Origin: Heterodontus francisci
Taxonomy: Eukaryota
DNA: 64,000 bases
Assembly (NCBI RefSeq): GCF_036365525.1
Contig: NC_090413.1
Span: 15,422,151-15,486,150 of the forward strand
Direction of reading: 5' to 3'
Part shown: in pieces, positions 50,718 through 63,623 of the stretch
Numbering within the stretch: the first letter of the stretch is position 1
Layout: every line of letters begins with the position of its first letter
Made by a program: the position numbers and the translations under genes
Notes under the pieces: model-generated
The model's input: only the letters and a program-made list of their open reading frames with translations
Database searches by the model: none
Told to the model about the DNA's origin: nothing

Positions 50718-52424
50718 TGAAAACTACATTTTTCTTCTTGGATGCAGATGAAGTGACTCAGAGGAATCATTGGCACTAATTAAAAGCGACAGCCTCCTCA
50801 AACTGCTAGTAGAGATTGAGTGATTTAAATGATACGCACTCTAGACCAAACTCGAAAGCTCTGTCATTTTTCCTTGTCTTTGAACTTGTTTAATAGAACA
50901 GGACTTGAGCAGACAGTAACAGATGAAGTGTTCCTTTGATACTTCTTGTCTTTTGCGTGAAGTATCTCGCAGAACAGATTGAAATATCCCCAAGGACATC
51001 AGTTTCAGACGCTCGATTTTCACATTCTCCTTTTGGTACTCTGTGCCTGAAGACATTGACTCTTGATGGGTTCCAGGGCCAATGGCTGTTCCCTGGTACC
51101 TGACCCAATGGCCCCCACCATACCCACCTTTCAGCAATGCTCATTGCATTACCAGTCTGGAGTGGAAACCTTGGCTGATTTCCTCCTTTCTTACTCCAGA
51201 AATACTGAGGCAAACCGTAGCACCCCAAGCCCAGCTCAGCACCAACTGGGGCTCAAAGCTGAGACCTTCCTGCCCTGCGCGTCTCAGCTGCGAGATTTCT
51301 TTACTGGCTGAGCTGTCAGGGACATCCTTTGTCACGTGTTTCTGTGTCGATTGCCCTTCCGAAACAGGGGGAATACATTCAACATAAGGGCGTACGGAAC
51401 AAGGAAAGCTCCTTTGAGCCACCAAACATACTCTTGTGCAGATTCATGGACAGATACCTAACTTATTCAAAGTGTATTTGTTGGGCTCAACATGAAAGCA
51501 TCTGCTCCATTTGGCACACACCAAACAAAGGATATAAAAATCTCAAATCCTGCAGGATTTGTAGCCTGCTGTCAGCTGTGGCTCAGTGGTAGCACTCCTA
51601 CCTAAGCAAAAAATCTGGTTTCAAATCCCATTCTAGGAGCACGTATACCTAATTTCAGCAGATGTTGTTGTGCTATAGTGCTCTAATGTTAGAGGTGATA
51701 TCTTTCCTATTAGGTGGATATAGGGTGTATTGACGAAGAGCTGGGAAGCTCTCACAATGTACACCTTAACATTTATTCCTCAACCAGCACCTAAACAGAT
51801 ATTTATGGGACTGTTAATTAGCTGCTAGACTTCCTACATTACAATACTTCATTAAAGTCTTTGGTTACCAAAGATGATGGTCAGTTTCTCAACACAGAGC
51901 TTCAGGAATTAATATGTTGGACCAGTGTGATGATGCACCACGTAGGCTGATCGTGTAAAAAGCATTCAACTTTATTTTATCATGGTTAAGTAAGGAACGA
52001 AGCTGATACTTGTTGAACTGTATCCTAACAAGCCAACATTTTCAGAGAGGAGGTGACAACATTGGAAGACAAGAAGAACACAACAGTGCTCACAAAACCC
52101 TGACATTGACCTTTGTTGGGGTATGCCTCCATGGTAACAGGCATCTCGTGTCACACCCAACATCCTAACTAGATAGCTAATTTACGACTCTCTAGCCTGG
52201 GAATGCTGGCAAACTGTATGGCTCCAAACTTTTGAGATTAGCGCAGGCTGGGAATCAAACATGTTACTTTCCTACTCTGTGTTGCTCAGCTGTATGTTTT
52301 CAGTGCTAGAGTGGGAATCGTAGCTGGTTTTCCCAGTCCTGAAATCTCTTGGTTAGAATCTAAAAAGTCCCTCTGCTAAATCTCGGTCCTTTGATCAAAG
52401 CCACTCCCAACTAGTAACTCCATC

Positions 52425-52790
52425 AAAATTCTAACAGGGCTCAACAGGGTTGATGCAGGAAGGATACTTCCCCTGCTGGGGAGTCCAGAATCAGGAGACA
52501 TAGTCTCAGAATAAGGGGCGGGCCATTAAGGACTGAGATGAGGAGGAATTTCTTCACTCAGTTGGTGGCGAATCTTTGGAATTCTCTACTCCAGAGGGCT
52601 GTGAAGGCTCAGTCTTTGGGCATATTCAAGACTGAGATCGACAGGTATCTACATAGTAAAAACATCAAGGGGTACGGGGATTGTGCAGGAAAATGGTGTT
52701 GAAGAGGATCAGCCATTATCTCATTGAATGGCGGAGCAGGCTCGAAGGGCTGAATGGTCCACTGCCTGGTCCTACTTCTTGTGCTCTTGT
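52425..52790 (+). mobile_element. CR1 3' fragment
   Basis: GAGATGAGGAGGAATTTCTTCACTCA...GAATGGCGGAGCAGGCTCGAAGGGCTGAATGG. Confidence 0.8.
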
Positions 52791-53044
52791 TATCTTGTTC
52801 TTGTTAGGAGGTTGTACACAATCTGCAAGTTCAATATACCCCTGACAGTCAAAGATTCCCTTTTATCTACCCAGGAGCTAGTACTGACTTCATTGAAGCT
52901 CCTACTGTAGGAGGATAATCAATTTAACTTGGGATTAGTTAGTAGCACTGCTGAAAGTGTTTAGAGGATCTGGTTACAATCAACTACCAAACCGGAGAGT
53001 GTGAGAGAACAGTATTAATGAATAGAGATATTGTTAGCATTATT

Positions 53045-53305
53045 AGCAGCAGGTGATATTATAGTTAAGGGGATAGATATTGTTCTCTGCAGCTGAGAGC
53101 GTGAGTTCCAAATGCTGTGTTGCCTGCCTGGTGCCGGGGTTAAGAACATCTCCTCGGGGATGGAGAAGAACTCAGAGTGGGAGGGGAAGGATTCAGTTGT
53201 TGAGGTCCATGTGGGTACCGATGACATAGGCAGGACTGAGAAAGAGGTTCTGCAGTGGGAGTATGAGCAGCTAGGGGCTAAATTAAAAAGCAGAACCACA
53301 AAGGT
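53045..53305 (+). mobile_element. Isolated CR1 ORF1 esterase fragment
   Basis: CCLPGAGVKN...VHVGTDDIGR (SGNH block III-like). Confidence 0.75.
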
Positions 53306-53504
53306 GTTCTGGTTACTCACTAACAACTGAAAAATCTAATCAATTCAACATTCAGCCCCTCTCGATTAGCCCATCAACACTTGTAAAATTGCAGTCTTTC
53401 TAAAATCCAATCAGATATGGTTAGGTCATTAACTTATGCCATGAACAATTGTAAAATAGCAACGTCCTGACAATTGAAAAATATGAAAAAATATGGTAAC
53501 ATTC

Positions 53505-55410
53505 TAGGCTCTGGCCTATACCCACATTCAAATCATTGATATAGATTGTGAATAGCTGGGGCCCAAACACTAATCCTTGCAGTACCCCACTAGACACAGC
53601 CTGCCAACCTGAGAATGATCCGTTTATTCCTACTCTCTGTTTTCTGTCCGTTAACCAATTCTCAATCCATGCCAGTATGTTACCCCCAAACCCATGTGCT
53701 CTAATTTTGCTCACTAACCTCCTGTGTGGGACCTTATCAAGAGCCTTCTGAAAATCCAAATACGCCACTGGTTCCCCTTTATCCATTCTGCTAGTTACAT
53801 CCTCAAAAAAACTTTAACAGGTTTGTCAAACATGATTTCCATTTCATAAATCCATGTTGACTCTGCCCAATCTCACCATTATTTTCTAAGTGTCCAGTTA
53901 TAGAACATAGAACATTACAGCGCAGTACAGGCCCTTCGGCCCTCGATGTTGCGCCGACCTGTGAAACCATCTGACCTACTCTATTCCATTTTCATCCATA
54001 TGTCTATCCAATGACCACTTAAATACCCTTAAAGTTGGCGAGTCTACTACTGTTGCAGGCAGGGCGTTCCACGCCCCTACTACTCTCTGAGTAAAGAAAC
54101 TACCTCTGACATCTGTCCTATATCTATCATCCCTCAACTTAAACTATGTCACCTCATGTTTGCCATCACCATCCGAGGAAAAAAGACTCTCACTATCCAC
54201 CCTATCTAATCCTCTGATTATCTTATATGTCTCTATTAAGTCACCTCTCCTCCTCCTTCTCTCCAACGAAAACAACCTCAAGTCCCTCAGCCTTTCCTCG
54301 TAAGACCTTCCCTCGATACCAGGCAACATCCTAGTAAATCTCCTCTGCACCCTTTCCAAAGCTTCCACATCCTTCCTATAATGCGGTGACCAGAACTGCA
54401 TGCAATACTCCAGGTGCGGCCGCACCAGAGTTTTGTACAGCTGCAACATGACATTGTGGCTCCGAAACTCGATCCCCCTACTAATAAAAGCTAACACACC
54501 ATATGCCTTCTTAACAGCCCTATTAACCTGGGTGGCAACTTTCAGGGATTTATGTACCTGGACACCAAGATCTCTCTGCTCATCTACACTACCAAGAATC
54601 TTCCCATTAGCCCAGTACTCTGCATTCCTGTTACTCCTTCCAAAGTGAATCACCTCACACTTTTCCGCATTAAACTCCATTTGCCATCTCTCAGCCCAGC
54701 TCTGCAGCCTATCTATGTCCCTCTGTAACCTACAACATCCTTCGGCACTATCCACAACTCCACCGACCTTCGTGTCATCCGCAAATTTACTAACCCACCC
54801 TTCTACACCCTCATCCAGGTCATTTATAAAAATGACAAACAGCAGTGGCCCCAAAACAGATCCTTGCGGTACACCACTAGTAACTAAACTCCAGGATGAA
54901 CATTTGCCATCAACCACCACCCTCTGTCTTCTTTCAGCTAGCCAATTTCTGATCCAAAGCACTAAATCACCTTCAATCCCATACTTGTGTATTTTCTGCA
55001 ATAGCCTACCGTGGGGAACCTTATCAAACGCCTTACTGAAATCCATATACACCACATCCACGGCTTTACCCTCATCCACCTGTTTGGTCACCTTCTCAAA
55101 AAACTCAATAAGGTTTGTGAGGCACGACCTCCCCTTCACAAAACCGTGCTGACTATCGCGAATGAACTTATTCTTTTCAAGATGATTATAAATCCTATCT
55201 CTTATAATCTTTTCCAACATTTTACCCACAACCGAAGTAAGGCTCACAGGTCTATAATTACCACATCCTTTATTATAGATTCTAACATTTTCTCTACTAC
55301 TGATGTCAGGCTAACAGGCCTGTAGTTCCCCTTTGTCTCTCTCCCTACTTTCTTAAATATAGGGTTACATTTGTGACCTTCCGATCTGCAGGAACTGTTC
55401 CAGAATCCAT
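53505..55410 (-). mobile_element. Older CR1 RT fragment split by a younger HER1 copy
   Basis: YLDFQKALDKVPH on the left and GNYRPVSLTSVV on the right; rejoin as TCCAGTTA|CCACATCC. Confidence 0.82.
53899..55258 (-). mobile_element. Young 5'-truncated HER1/CR1 LINE (367-aa open RT frame)
   Basis: ORF 54144-55247 has SQHGF, YMDFSKAFDKVPH, GVPQGSVLGP, KFADD. Tail (TGTTCTA)n. Confidence 0.95.
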
Positions 55411-55557
55411 AGAATAGGGTTATGGGGCACAGGCAGGAATATAGAGTTAAGGCTACAATCAGATCAGTCATGATCTTAGTGAATGGCAGAGCAGGCTCGA
55501 GGGGCTGAATGGCCTACTTCTGCTCCTATATCTTATGCTCCTATGCTCTAGCACCAC

Positions 55558-55740
55558 ATGGCACTGGGGAGAGGGGTTACTGATAGTGTGAGGGAGCTGG
55601 ATTGACATCAGTAGAGATATAGTTGGTGACACAAGGCACTGGGGAAAGGGGTTACGGAGTGACAGTGTGAAAGAATTGCATTAGCATCAGTAGAGATAGT
55701 CAGACATGGTGGTAGAGGGAGGGGCTACTGAAGTGTAAAG
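55558..55740. repeat. Degenerate ~75-bp tandem repeat; related units at ~56810-56960
   Basis: GGCACTGGGGAGAGGGGTTAC...GGGAGCTGGATT(A/G)ACATCAGTAGAGATA recurs. Confidence 0.75.
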
Positions 55741-56439
55741 TGTAAGCACAACTGTACCAGATAGAATGGGCATAGTGAGCTTTCAAAATATGTATCCACA
55801 TATTAATGCTCATTCTATACAGGGTCAGGCCTGGAGCAGTGGAGACATTAACTCATTAACATGCATGAGAAGAGATTAAGTAATATAGTAGGTCTATAGT
55901 AACTTAATTAAACAGACTGTACAGTAGTAATCTGATATGGGGATGAGTTCTGAATGTACTTGCAAGTGATAAGAAGGAAGGCCATAACTGGTACCCATGG
56001 TTTCTTATTAACGAGCAAACAGATTGTATTGCACAGACTCATTGAAGGGAGGTTAACCAGACATAGTTATAAAGCATTGAGATAATGGCTTTGCATTATG
56101 AGGATATAATTAAAGATATATAAAGATACAGACATTGAATTGCCTTGGGACTTTTTGATCTAGTCTGGTTGAGGCTAGCATAAGCATGCTGGTGACCTCC
56201 TGAGGTCACCTTGGTATATGGGTGATAATGTTGTAACTGGACCTATATCTCGTATACAATGCATGTAATGGGTTGTATTTTATTATCTCACGGACTTGCT
56301 TTATTGAAGAGTATTGACAATGTTCCCTAGTCCTCGAACTTGTATTAGAGATTACTCAGTAATACAGGGTGCTGGTGGGAGGCGTTGTTGACGGTGTGAG
56401 GAAGCTGGAGTAGAGATGCAGCCAATAAACACCAACACT

Positions 56440-56800
56440 GCATTTAAACAACACCTTTAACATAGTAAAATGTCCCAAGGCACTTCACAAGAGTGCTATA
56501 AAACAAAGTTTGACACCAAGCCACATAAAGAGATATTATTACAGGTAACCAAAGGCTTGGTCAAAGGGATAGAGCATAATTTTAACGCACTCAAAACTTA
56601 CACAGCATTAAATTTGGACCCACGGATTTTAAGGAGCATCTTAAAAGAGGAATGAGAGTTAGAGAGGCAGAGAGGTTTAGGAAAGAAATTCCAGAACTTA
56701 GGACATGGCCACCAATGTTAGAGTGACAGAAATCAGGGATTCACCAGAGACCAGAATTGGAGGAGTGGAGGGGAGGATTGTAGGGCCAGAGGAGGTTACT
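56440..56800 (-). mobile_element. L2 3' fragment
   Basis: Similar to 32420-32720 (AAATGTCCCAAGGCACTTCACAAGAG, AGAGGTTTAGGAAAGAAATTCCAGA). Confidence 0.75.
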
Positions 56801-57719
56801 GAGATAGGGAGGGGCACAGGGTGTTGGCTGGGAGGTATTGCTTAGTGACAGTGTGGGAGCTGGATTAACATCAGTAGAGATACAGTCAGTAACACAGGGC
56901 GCTGCTTGGGAGCAAACTGATGGCACGAGGGAGCTGGATGGTGAATCAGTAAGGCTGTTACACTGGCTGGTGAATGATCCGCTGAGACAGTGGTAACCTT
57001 TGTAGGAGTTTAAAATCTTCCAGTATCCAGTTTACTACTGGGGTCAGACTCTCGCAGAGACAGAGCAGGGAATTCAAAGCCACCACTTTATGATCAGTGC
57101 TCCTCAGACAGCTGATGAATGTCTGGGCTGACAGCGATTTAATGGAGCTTCCTGAGGAACAGAATGCATTCAAGCAATAAACAGACCTCCTCTCGTGAAG
57201 CCACTATTTATTTCAGTACAAGGATGGTTCCCAATGCAGAGAGTGCCAGGATTTTGGTTAATAAAGTCTCATTCACACTTCTGTGGTCACTGGCCCTGTT
57301 CCCAGCAGTAGCTGATATTTCAATTGCCCTGACAGATTGTGATGTATGCTGTCAGCTGCACTCTTCTCCGTTACATCCAACTTTCAGACACAATGAGCCG
57401 TAAATAACTGAGTATTTTCATAGTTGCAAAGTGTTTGCACTGATTCTCAGTTTGAGGTATCCGCGAATAAAACTTCAAATAAAAAAGGTGGGAAATGCTA
57501 TTCAGGCAAGTCTAGAACCACAGAAGTTGGAAGAAAGAGAGAAAGGAAGAAGATCAAAATAACTTTCATTTATGTAGCAACTTTCACAACATCAAGACCT
57601 CAGGAAACAGACGTACATGTGAAGAGTTGCGAGCAGGGTTAAGGCAGAAACATAAGCTTTCAACCATATCCAGTGCAAACAGTTCGGAAATTGGAAGCAA
57701 AGAATGAAAACAATCAAAG

Positions 57720-58110
57720 AGAACTTATGTAGAGCTTTGCACAATCTCAGGATGTGTCAAAGTGCTTTACTGCCAATGAAGTACTTTTGAAGTGTATTCA
57801 CTGTTGTAATGTAGGGAACATGGCAGCTAATTTGAGCACAGAAAGCATCCACTATAACATCTGATGTTGATCGAGGGATAAATATTAGCCACTGGGGAGA
57901 ATTTTCTTGTTCTTTTTTGAAACCAATTATTAACGTCCACTTAAGAGGCTAGACAAGCCTTCAGTTTAACATCTCATCCAAAAGACAGCACCTACAACAG
58001 TGGAGGACTCTCTCAGTACTGCGCAGTGAGTGTCATCCTGGATTATGTGCTCCAGTGTCTGCAGCAGGACTTAAGCCCACAACGTTCTGACTCCGAGCTA
58101 AGAGTGCTGC
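57720..58110 (-). mobile_element. Deu-domain SINE
   Basis: GCCAATGAAGTACTTTTGAAGTGTA, GTTTAACATCTCATCCAAAAGACAGCACC. Confidence 0.78.
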
Positions 58111-58599
58111 CCTCTTGAGCAATGGCTAACATCAAAGGAGGAGACCATCGGTCCATCATACCTGTGCCTTGTATCTTTGCTAGAGGCACAAATCCTATAT
58201 AATTAACAAGCCAAATATTATAATCAGGTGTTAACATAATTACTTGGATGGTGCTAATATAATGAATAGCAGCCAGCATGAATTCAACTAAAGAGGCTGT
58301 CTAAAAAAAGTCTATTTTTTTCCAGTAAGTGGCATCTTAAGTGGACTGCAGTAATCCATATGACACGGTGTATCTGGTCCTCCATACAGCTTTTGAAAAA
58401 GTTCCTTATGAAAGGCTGTTAAAGGCAATGGGAATTCAAGGTAAAACCTAGAGGTTGTAGGAAAGCAGGCTGAAGGGAAGGAGGTTCCAGGCATTCGTAA
58501 GGAACTGATGTGCAAAGAAAATACTCAGTGAAGTGCTGGGCTTGAGGCAGTTTGTCAGGCAAGAGTAAAGTGAGTTTTATTCAGTATTGGCCCAAAATC

Positions 58600-58895
58600 T
58601 TACATGCTCTAGGTGTGTTTGATGGGGACAGTGTAGAGGGAGCTTTACTTTGTATATAACCTTGTGCTGTACCTATAAAGGGAGTGTTTGATGGGACAGT
58701 GCAGAGGGAGCTTTACACTTTATCTAACTCCATGCTGTACCTGCCCTGGGAGTGTTTGATGGGACAGAGTAGAGGGAGCTTTAATCTGTATCTAACTTGT
58801 GCAGTGCCTGCCCTGGGAGTGATTGATGGAAATGTGTAGAGGGAGCTTTACTCTGTATCTAACCCATGCTCGACCTGTCCTATGAGTGTTTGATG
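58600..58895. repeat. ~67-bp tandem repeat, about 4 units
   Basis: GGGAGTGTTTGATGGGACAGTGTAGAGGGAGCTTTACTCTGTATCTAACCCATGCTGTACCTGCCCT. Confidence 0.93.
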
Positions 58896-59459
58896 CTGCT
58901 CGTGGGTTCATAAAAGGGAAACTGCCCGATTATCATGTTCATACATCCATCATCTTGATAAATGCTAAAAGTTTCTTGAGTGTGCTGAGTTTCTGGGGCC
59001 AGTGGTGCACCACACAAGTTAATGGTCTTGGTGACCACGGGGTCTCTGTGGGATGCACGGCCACTTATTACCCCAATATGAGAGGTGAGTGATTTTCCTG
59101 AGCTTCCCCCCACCCCAAGCAGCAAAGAAGGCACACTTCCTGCCAGTGCACCTCGGGACCTCACCGACAATGCGCCCGTGCTATTCCAACATATTCTGGC
59201 AGCTACCAAGGCCCTTCACCCTGCTGTGCACTCCTCTGTGGTTGCCAACTTGGAACATTATATCCTCTTTCTCTCCTCAACCCCTCTGCCTTCCTTTGTC
59301 CTCCATCATATCTCCTCTGTTCCTCGCTTCCATGTGACTCCTTCTTGTCCTTCCAGTTCCATCCATCCAAATCCAGCCCGCACTTCTCCAGCACTGGCTC
59401 AACTTGTTCCCCTGCTCTGACATCTTGGTGTCCTCCTCTTTTTCATTTCTCATTTATAC

Positions 59460-59760
59460 AAAGGGTGAATAAGGAGAAACAGTTTCCACTGGCAGGAGGG
59501 TCGGTCACCAGAGGACACAGATTTATGATAATTGGCAAGATGAGAATTTTTTTTACACAGCGAGTTCTTATGATCTGGAACGTGCTGCCTGAAAGGGCAG
59601 TGGAAACAGATTCAATAGTAACTTTCAAAAGAGAATTGGACAAACACTTGAAGGAATGTTTACAGGACTCTGGGGAAGAGGAACGGAGTGGGATTAATTG
59701 GATAGCTCTTTCCAAGGTTCAGTGGGCTGAATGGCCTGTTTCTGTGTTATACAATTCTAT
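59460..59760 (+). mobile_element. CR1 3' fragment
   Basis: FPLAGGSVTRGHRF...WNVLPE. Confidence 0.8.
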
Positions 59761-60182
59761 AATCCTTCATACTGTCCTTAGGTGACATTGGCTTCCATTT
59801 CTGGGCTATTGACACCTGGTTCTAATCTCGTACAGCAACATCAATGTTCTTAGGCCTCCTGTCCGAGCTCAAATCTGGCACAGGCCATATCATCCTCCAA
59901 CTTACTATCTGGATGACCGCAGGTACAGTTTTTGGTCCCATCCTTAAACACCACTTCCTCAGAGATGATGCCATCTCCTTCTCTGCCCACACATTTAGCC
60001 TAGCCAGATCAAAGATTAGTTATGATCTCATTGAATGGAGGACTAGGCTGGAGGGTCTAAATGCTGAATCCTGTTCCCACGTTCCTACACTCGATCACAT
60101 GAAATTTTGGCATCATCTTTGGCCCTGAGTTCAGCTGAAGGGTGAGATGAACTAATGTGGGAGGAGGCCTACATGCTGCACA

Positions 60183-60530
60183 TCAGCTGTGGCTCAGTAG
60201 ACAACACTCTTGCCTATAAGGGTGTGGGTTCAAGTCTTACTCCAGAGCTTGAGCATGAAAGTCAAGGCTGATATTCCACAGCATTATTGAGAGCAAGCTG
60301 CACTGTCTGAAGTGCTGTCTTTCAGGTGAGGAATTTAAACTGAGGCCCCATGTGCTTGTTTGGGTGGATGCAAAAGATCCCATAGCATTATTTCGAACAG
60401 GAGTCACCCCTCGATCAGCACTTTAAAAACAGATTATCTGGTCATTATCACATTGCTGTTTGTGGGAGCTTGCTATGCATGTACTGACCGTTGTGTTTCC
60501 TGTACTTCATTGGCTATAAAGCACTTTGAG
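60183..60530 (+). mobile_element. Deu-domain SINE
   Basis: TCAGCTGTGGCTCAGT..GGGTTCAAGTC head; ACAGATTATCTGGTCATTATCACATTGCTGTTTGTGGGA. Confidence 0.8.
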
Positions 60531-61094
60531 ATGAGAGTGGAGTATGTCTTAGGGAAGACATTGTTGGCCATGTCATCCCTGTCATCCATCCATTCTGGTC
60601 TGTCCCAAGTCTCACACGTATGAAATCCTGGAGCCAAGCACTGGGAAAGAGGTGCTGAGATGCAATCCCATTGGCTTCTTCTTGGTTCTTTTCTTCGGAC
60701 TGCCTTCTCCGAGGTGAGCTGCAACCAAGGCTAAAGATGTCCCAACCACCCTGAAAGATGAGTGGCACTGGCATTTATCAGCTGTAAGTTCCCTGTGACT
60801 GGACATCAGTCAGCTCTCAGAACCAGTGCTCTGGCCTCCACTCGCCAGGGCTGGCTGGAATAGAGTTCGAATCCAACCCTTCTGACAGAGGTGTGGACAC
60901 TACCCCTCAACCGGTGGCCACTCCATATGGGGAGTGAAAAAGAGGGACACATAAAAATTGCATATCTTTCAACTGCAGGGGCACAGAAAGCTCCTCAGGG
61001 ACTCATGGAGCCAATGGTGGCCATCTACCTTTGCTGCTTCTGTATGTAAGAAGGCTCCTGCAGCCATTGACCAAGTGCTGCAGCTCACACCATT

Positions 61095-61485
61095 TTTTTG
61101 TAATTTGTTCATGGGATGTGGGTGTGGCTGGCAAGCCTCGCATTTATTGTCCATTCCTAATTGTCCTTGAGAAGGTGGTAGTGAGCCATCTTCTTGAACT
61201 GCTGCAGTCTGTATGGTGTAGGTACATCCACAGTGCTCGTAGATGGAAAGTTCCAGGATTTTGACCCAGTGACAGTGAAGGAACGGCGATATTGTTCCAA
61301 ATCGGGATGGTATGTGGCTTGGAGGGGAACTTGCAGGTGGTGGTGTTCCCATGCACCTGCTGCCCTTGTCCTTCGAGGTGGTAGAGGTCGCGGGTTTGGA
61401 AGGTGCTGTCGAAGGAACTTTGGTGAGTTGATGCAGTGCATCTTGCGAACGGTACACACTGCTGCCACTGTGCACCAGTGGTGGA
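61095..61485 (-). mobile_element. 3' fragment of the 3013-7472 LINE family
   Basis: KMHCINSPKFLRQHLPNPRPLPPRRTR...RRSFTVTGSKSWN. Confidence 0.88.
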
Positions 61486-62234
61486 GAGAGAGAGCAGTTT
61501 TATTGGAGTAAGAAATCTTAATTTGTTTTTGCAGCAAATCCAGGAGGTAATATCACTCAGTTTCACCATGGAACCAGCAACAACAGAAAGTATCTAAAGA
61601 TGAAAAGTGGGAGGAAGATACAGGAAGAAATACATTGATTGATGCTGGTTACAGGAGCATGCATAATGGGAACATTCATCTCTGAAGAGCGCTTCCTAGA
61701 CGTCTATTGATTCTCAATACACAACGTATTTAAATTAGTACCAATGAATTTTCCTTATCAAGGACAGTCTCAGAAATTGGACCACTCAATGGTCATTAAA
61801 TTGTTATGATTTTTTAGCTCTTTGCCACACACCAGATTCAATATTGCTCCAGGGAAGCCTCATGTTAAATTTCCTTTGTTTCAGGCAGTGAGGTTATTTC
61901 CAGTTGTTCCGCTGTTCTCACTACAAAATAAAAGATACGGTCTGTTAAAATAGTGCCCTACGCCCCCAACACTTCTGAAGCTGCAAGTGATGCTTGAGGG
62001 CCTGATAAAATTCCAGGCTCCAAAAAGCAAAGCCAAGTAACTTCACTCACTCATTGGGAGTGAGTGGCTGCACAGGAGATCAAGTGTGTGCCAGACTTTG
62101 CAGAGATTACCAGATGGGTCCTTGTTGGAAGGTGTGCCCTTAACAGTTTTGTATTCATCCTCTCCCTGTGGACCAACATTAATTAGAAACTTACAAACTA
62201 TTTTTACATGCTAACTTTCTTTAACATTTCTTAC

Positions 62235-62500
62235 AGCCAATAAAGTACCGTTGAAGTACAGTCAGGGTTGTAATGTAGGAAAGATAGCAACCAACTTGTG
62301 CACAGCAAGATCCCACAAACAGTAATGCGGTAATGACAAGATCATCTGTTTTTTTTTTAAGTGACGCTGGTTGAGGGGTAAATATTGATCAGAACTGTGG
62401 GGAATACTCCCCTGCTCTTCTTTGAATAGTGTCACGAAAGCTTCTACATTACCCGAAAGGTCAGGTGGGGCCTCAGTTTAACGTCTCACGTTAAAAGACA
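62235..62500 (-). mobile_element. Deu-domain SINE
   Basis: TTGTAATGTAGGAAA, TTGTGCACAGCAAGATCCCACAAACAG, GGGGCCTCAGTTTAACGTCTCA. Confidence 0.8.
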
Positions 62501-62934
62501 GATGGGAACATAGGGAAGCACAGGATCAGAAAAGCTTATTGGCTGGTCCAGAAAACAGATCCCTCTCATGTTCCCACGCCCTCAAGCTATCTTTTCAATG
62601 TTCCTTTAAATTTTCTCACACTATCTCCAATTTCTTCTGTGGCAGTCCGCTTCACACTTTGCATAAAATTGTTCACTCTAAACCACACTGCGTCTTCCCT
62701 TCTTTAAGCTTGAACCTGTGTCCCCTGGTTCTAGAGTTTGTGGACAATCTTGAACATATTATCAGGGCTCAATTGATAGCTTCTCTTAAGAATCTTGAAT
62801 AGTAAGTAACATCTTTGTTGTATCCTGCTGTCACTATGTTGTATGTTGTTGGTAGCGTAATTGTAGTGTTCTTCACAAAGTTCTCAGAGTCTTTGGATGG
62901 CTGAACATAAACTCTTCATAGTCGTCTGGGAGTA

Positions 62935-63623
62935 CAGAACTTGAGAATTGCTGTAAATAGAGGCATGTTGTTGAAGCTTTTCGTCTTGCACTCATCAGGA
63001 CAATACGCAAGAATAACAAACTGGTGGATTGTATCAAACAACATGTCCCTTCCGCTGTTCACAACAGGCGCGGTACAGGCCGTACCCAACCGGCCCGTGC
63101 TTGCAAAACACAAAACACACTGTCCAACATTAGATGTGATTCCACGATTGGACAACATTTGCTAAACAATCCTCAGTGTACTAAGAATTATGCTGACAAC
63201 CAATTTAAGATTGTCAGTCAGGCTCGCAGTGTGGCGCATTTGCGTGTACTGGAAGCTACATAGATTAATACATAGGGCGCTGTTCTTTGCAGACAGAAAG
63301 AACATGTACACACATTGCGCCTGTTTCAGCTGAACAAAATAAGTGACAGCCATTCGCTGGTTCATTCCTTAGGGCAATGCCTTGACCAATCAGAGTCAAG
63401 CTGCCTGGTTTAAATTTCAAAAGCTTGGCAGTTAACTGTCAGTCATCGTAAACTGGTGCATTCTCCATGGCAACGCCTCTACCAATCAGAGTTCAGTTGC
63501 CAACCAATCAGCAATCTCTTCTCATGCAGTATAGGTTGTTGTTTTCCCTTTAATTGGTTATTCTTGTGGATTGTGCTGATGAGTGCAAGACGAAAAGCTT
63601 CGACAACATGTCTCTATTTTCAG
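62935..63623 (+). mobile_element. 5'-truncated Penelope-like element with inverted pLTR and two hammerheads
   Basis: GIY-YIG C-terminal IKQHVP..STIGQHLLNNPQC..ARS..LRVLEAT*I..LCRQKE. Hammerheads at 62968-63005 (-) and 63571-63606 (+). Confidence 0.88.
63380..63535 (+). promoter_or_regulatory. Putative pLTR Pol II promoter (three CCAAT boxes)
   Basis: ACCAATCAG near 63385, 63481 and 63503, upstream of the hammerhead. Confidence 0.5.

Noticed and set aside
51000-51320. Further ancient SINE-like relics (also ~29200-29400, 33300-33700, 39720-39950, 52090-52300)
   Set aside because: Probably real repeats, but too decayed to bound or name without a profile search.
58600-58895. CRISPR-like array (also 30616-30835)
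   Set aside because: Head-to-tail tandem units without unique spacers, eukaryotic context, no cas genes.
62044-62066. 9-bp hairpin CACTCACTC/GAGTGAGTG
   Set aside because: Low-complexity and short; plausible by chance.
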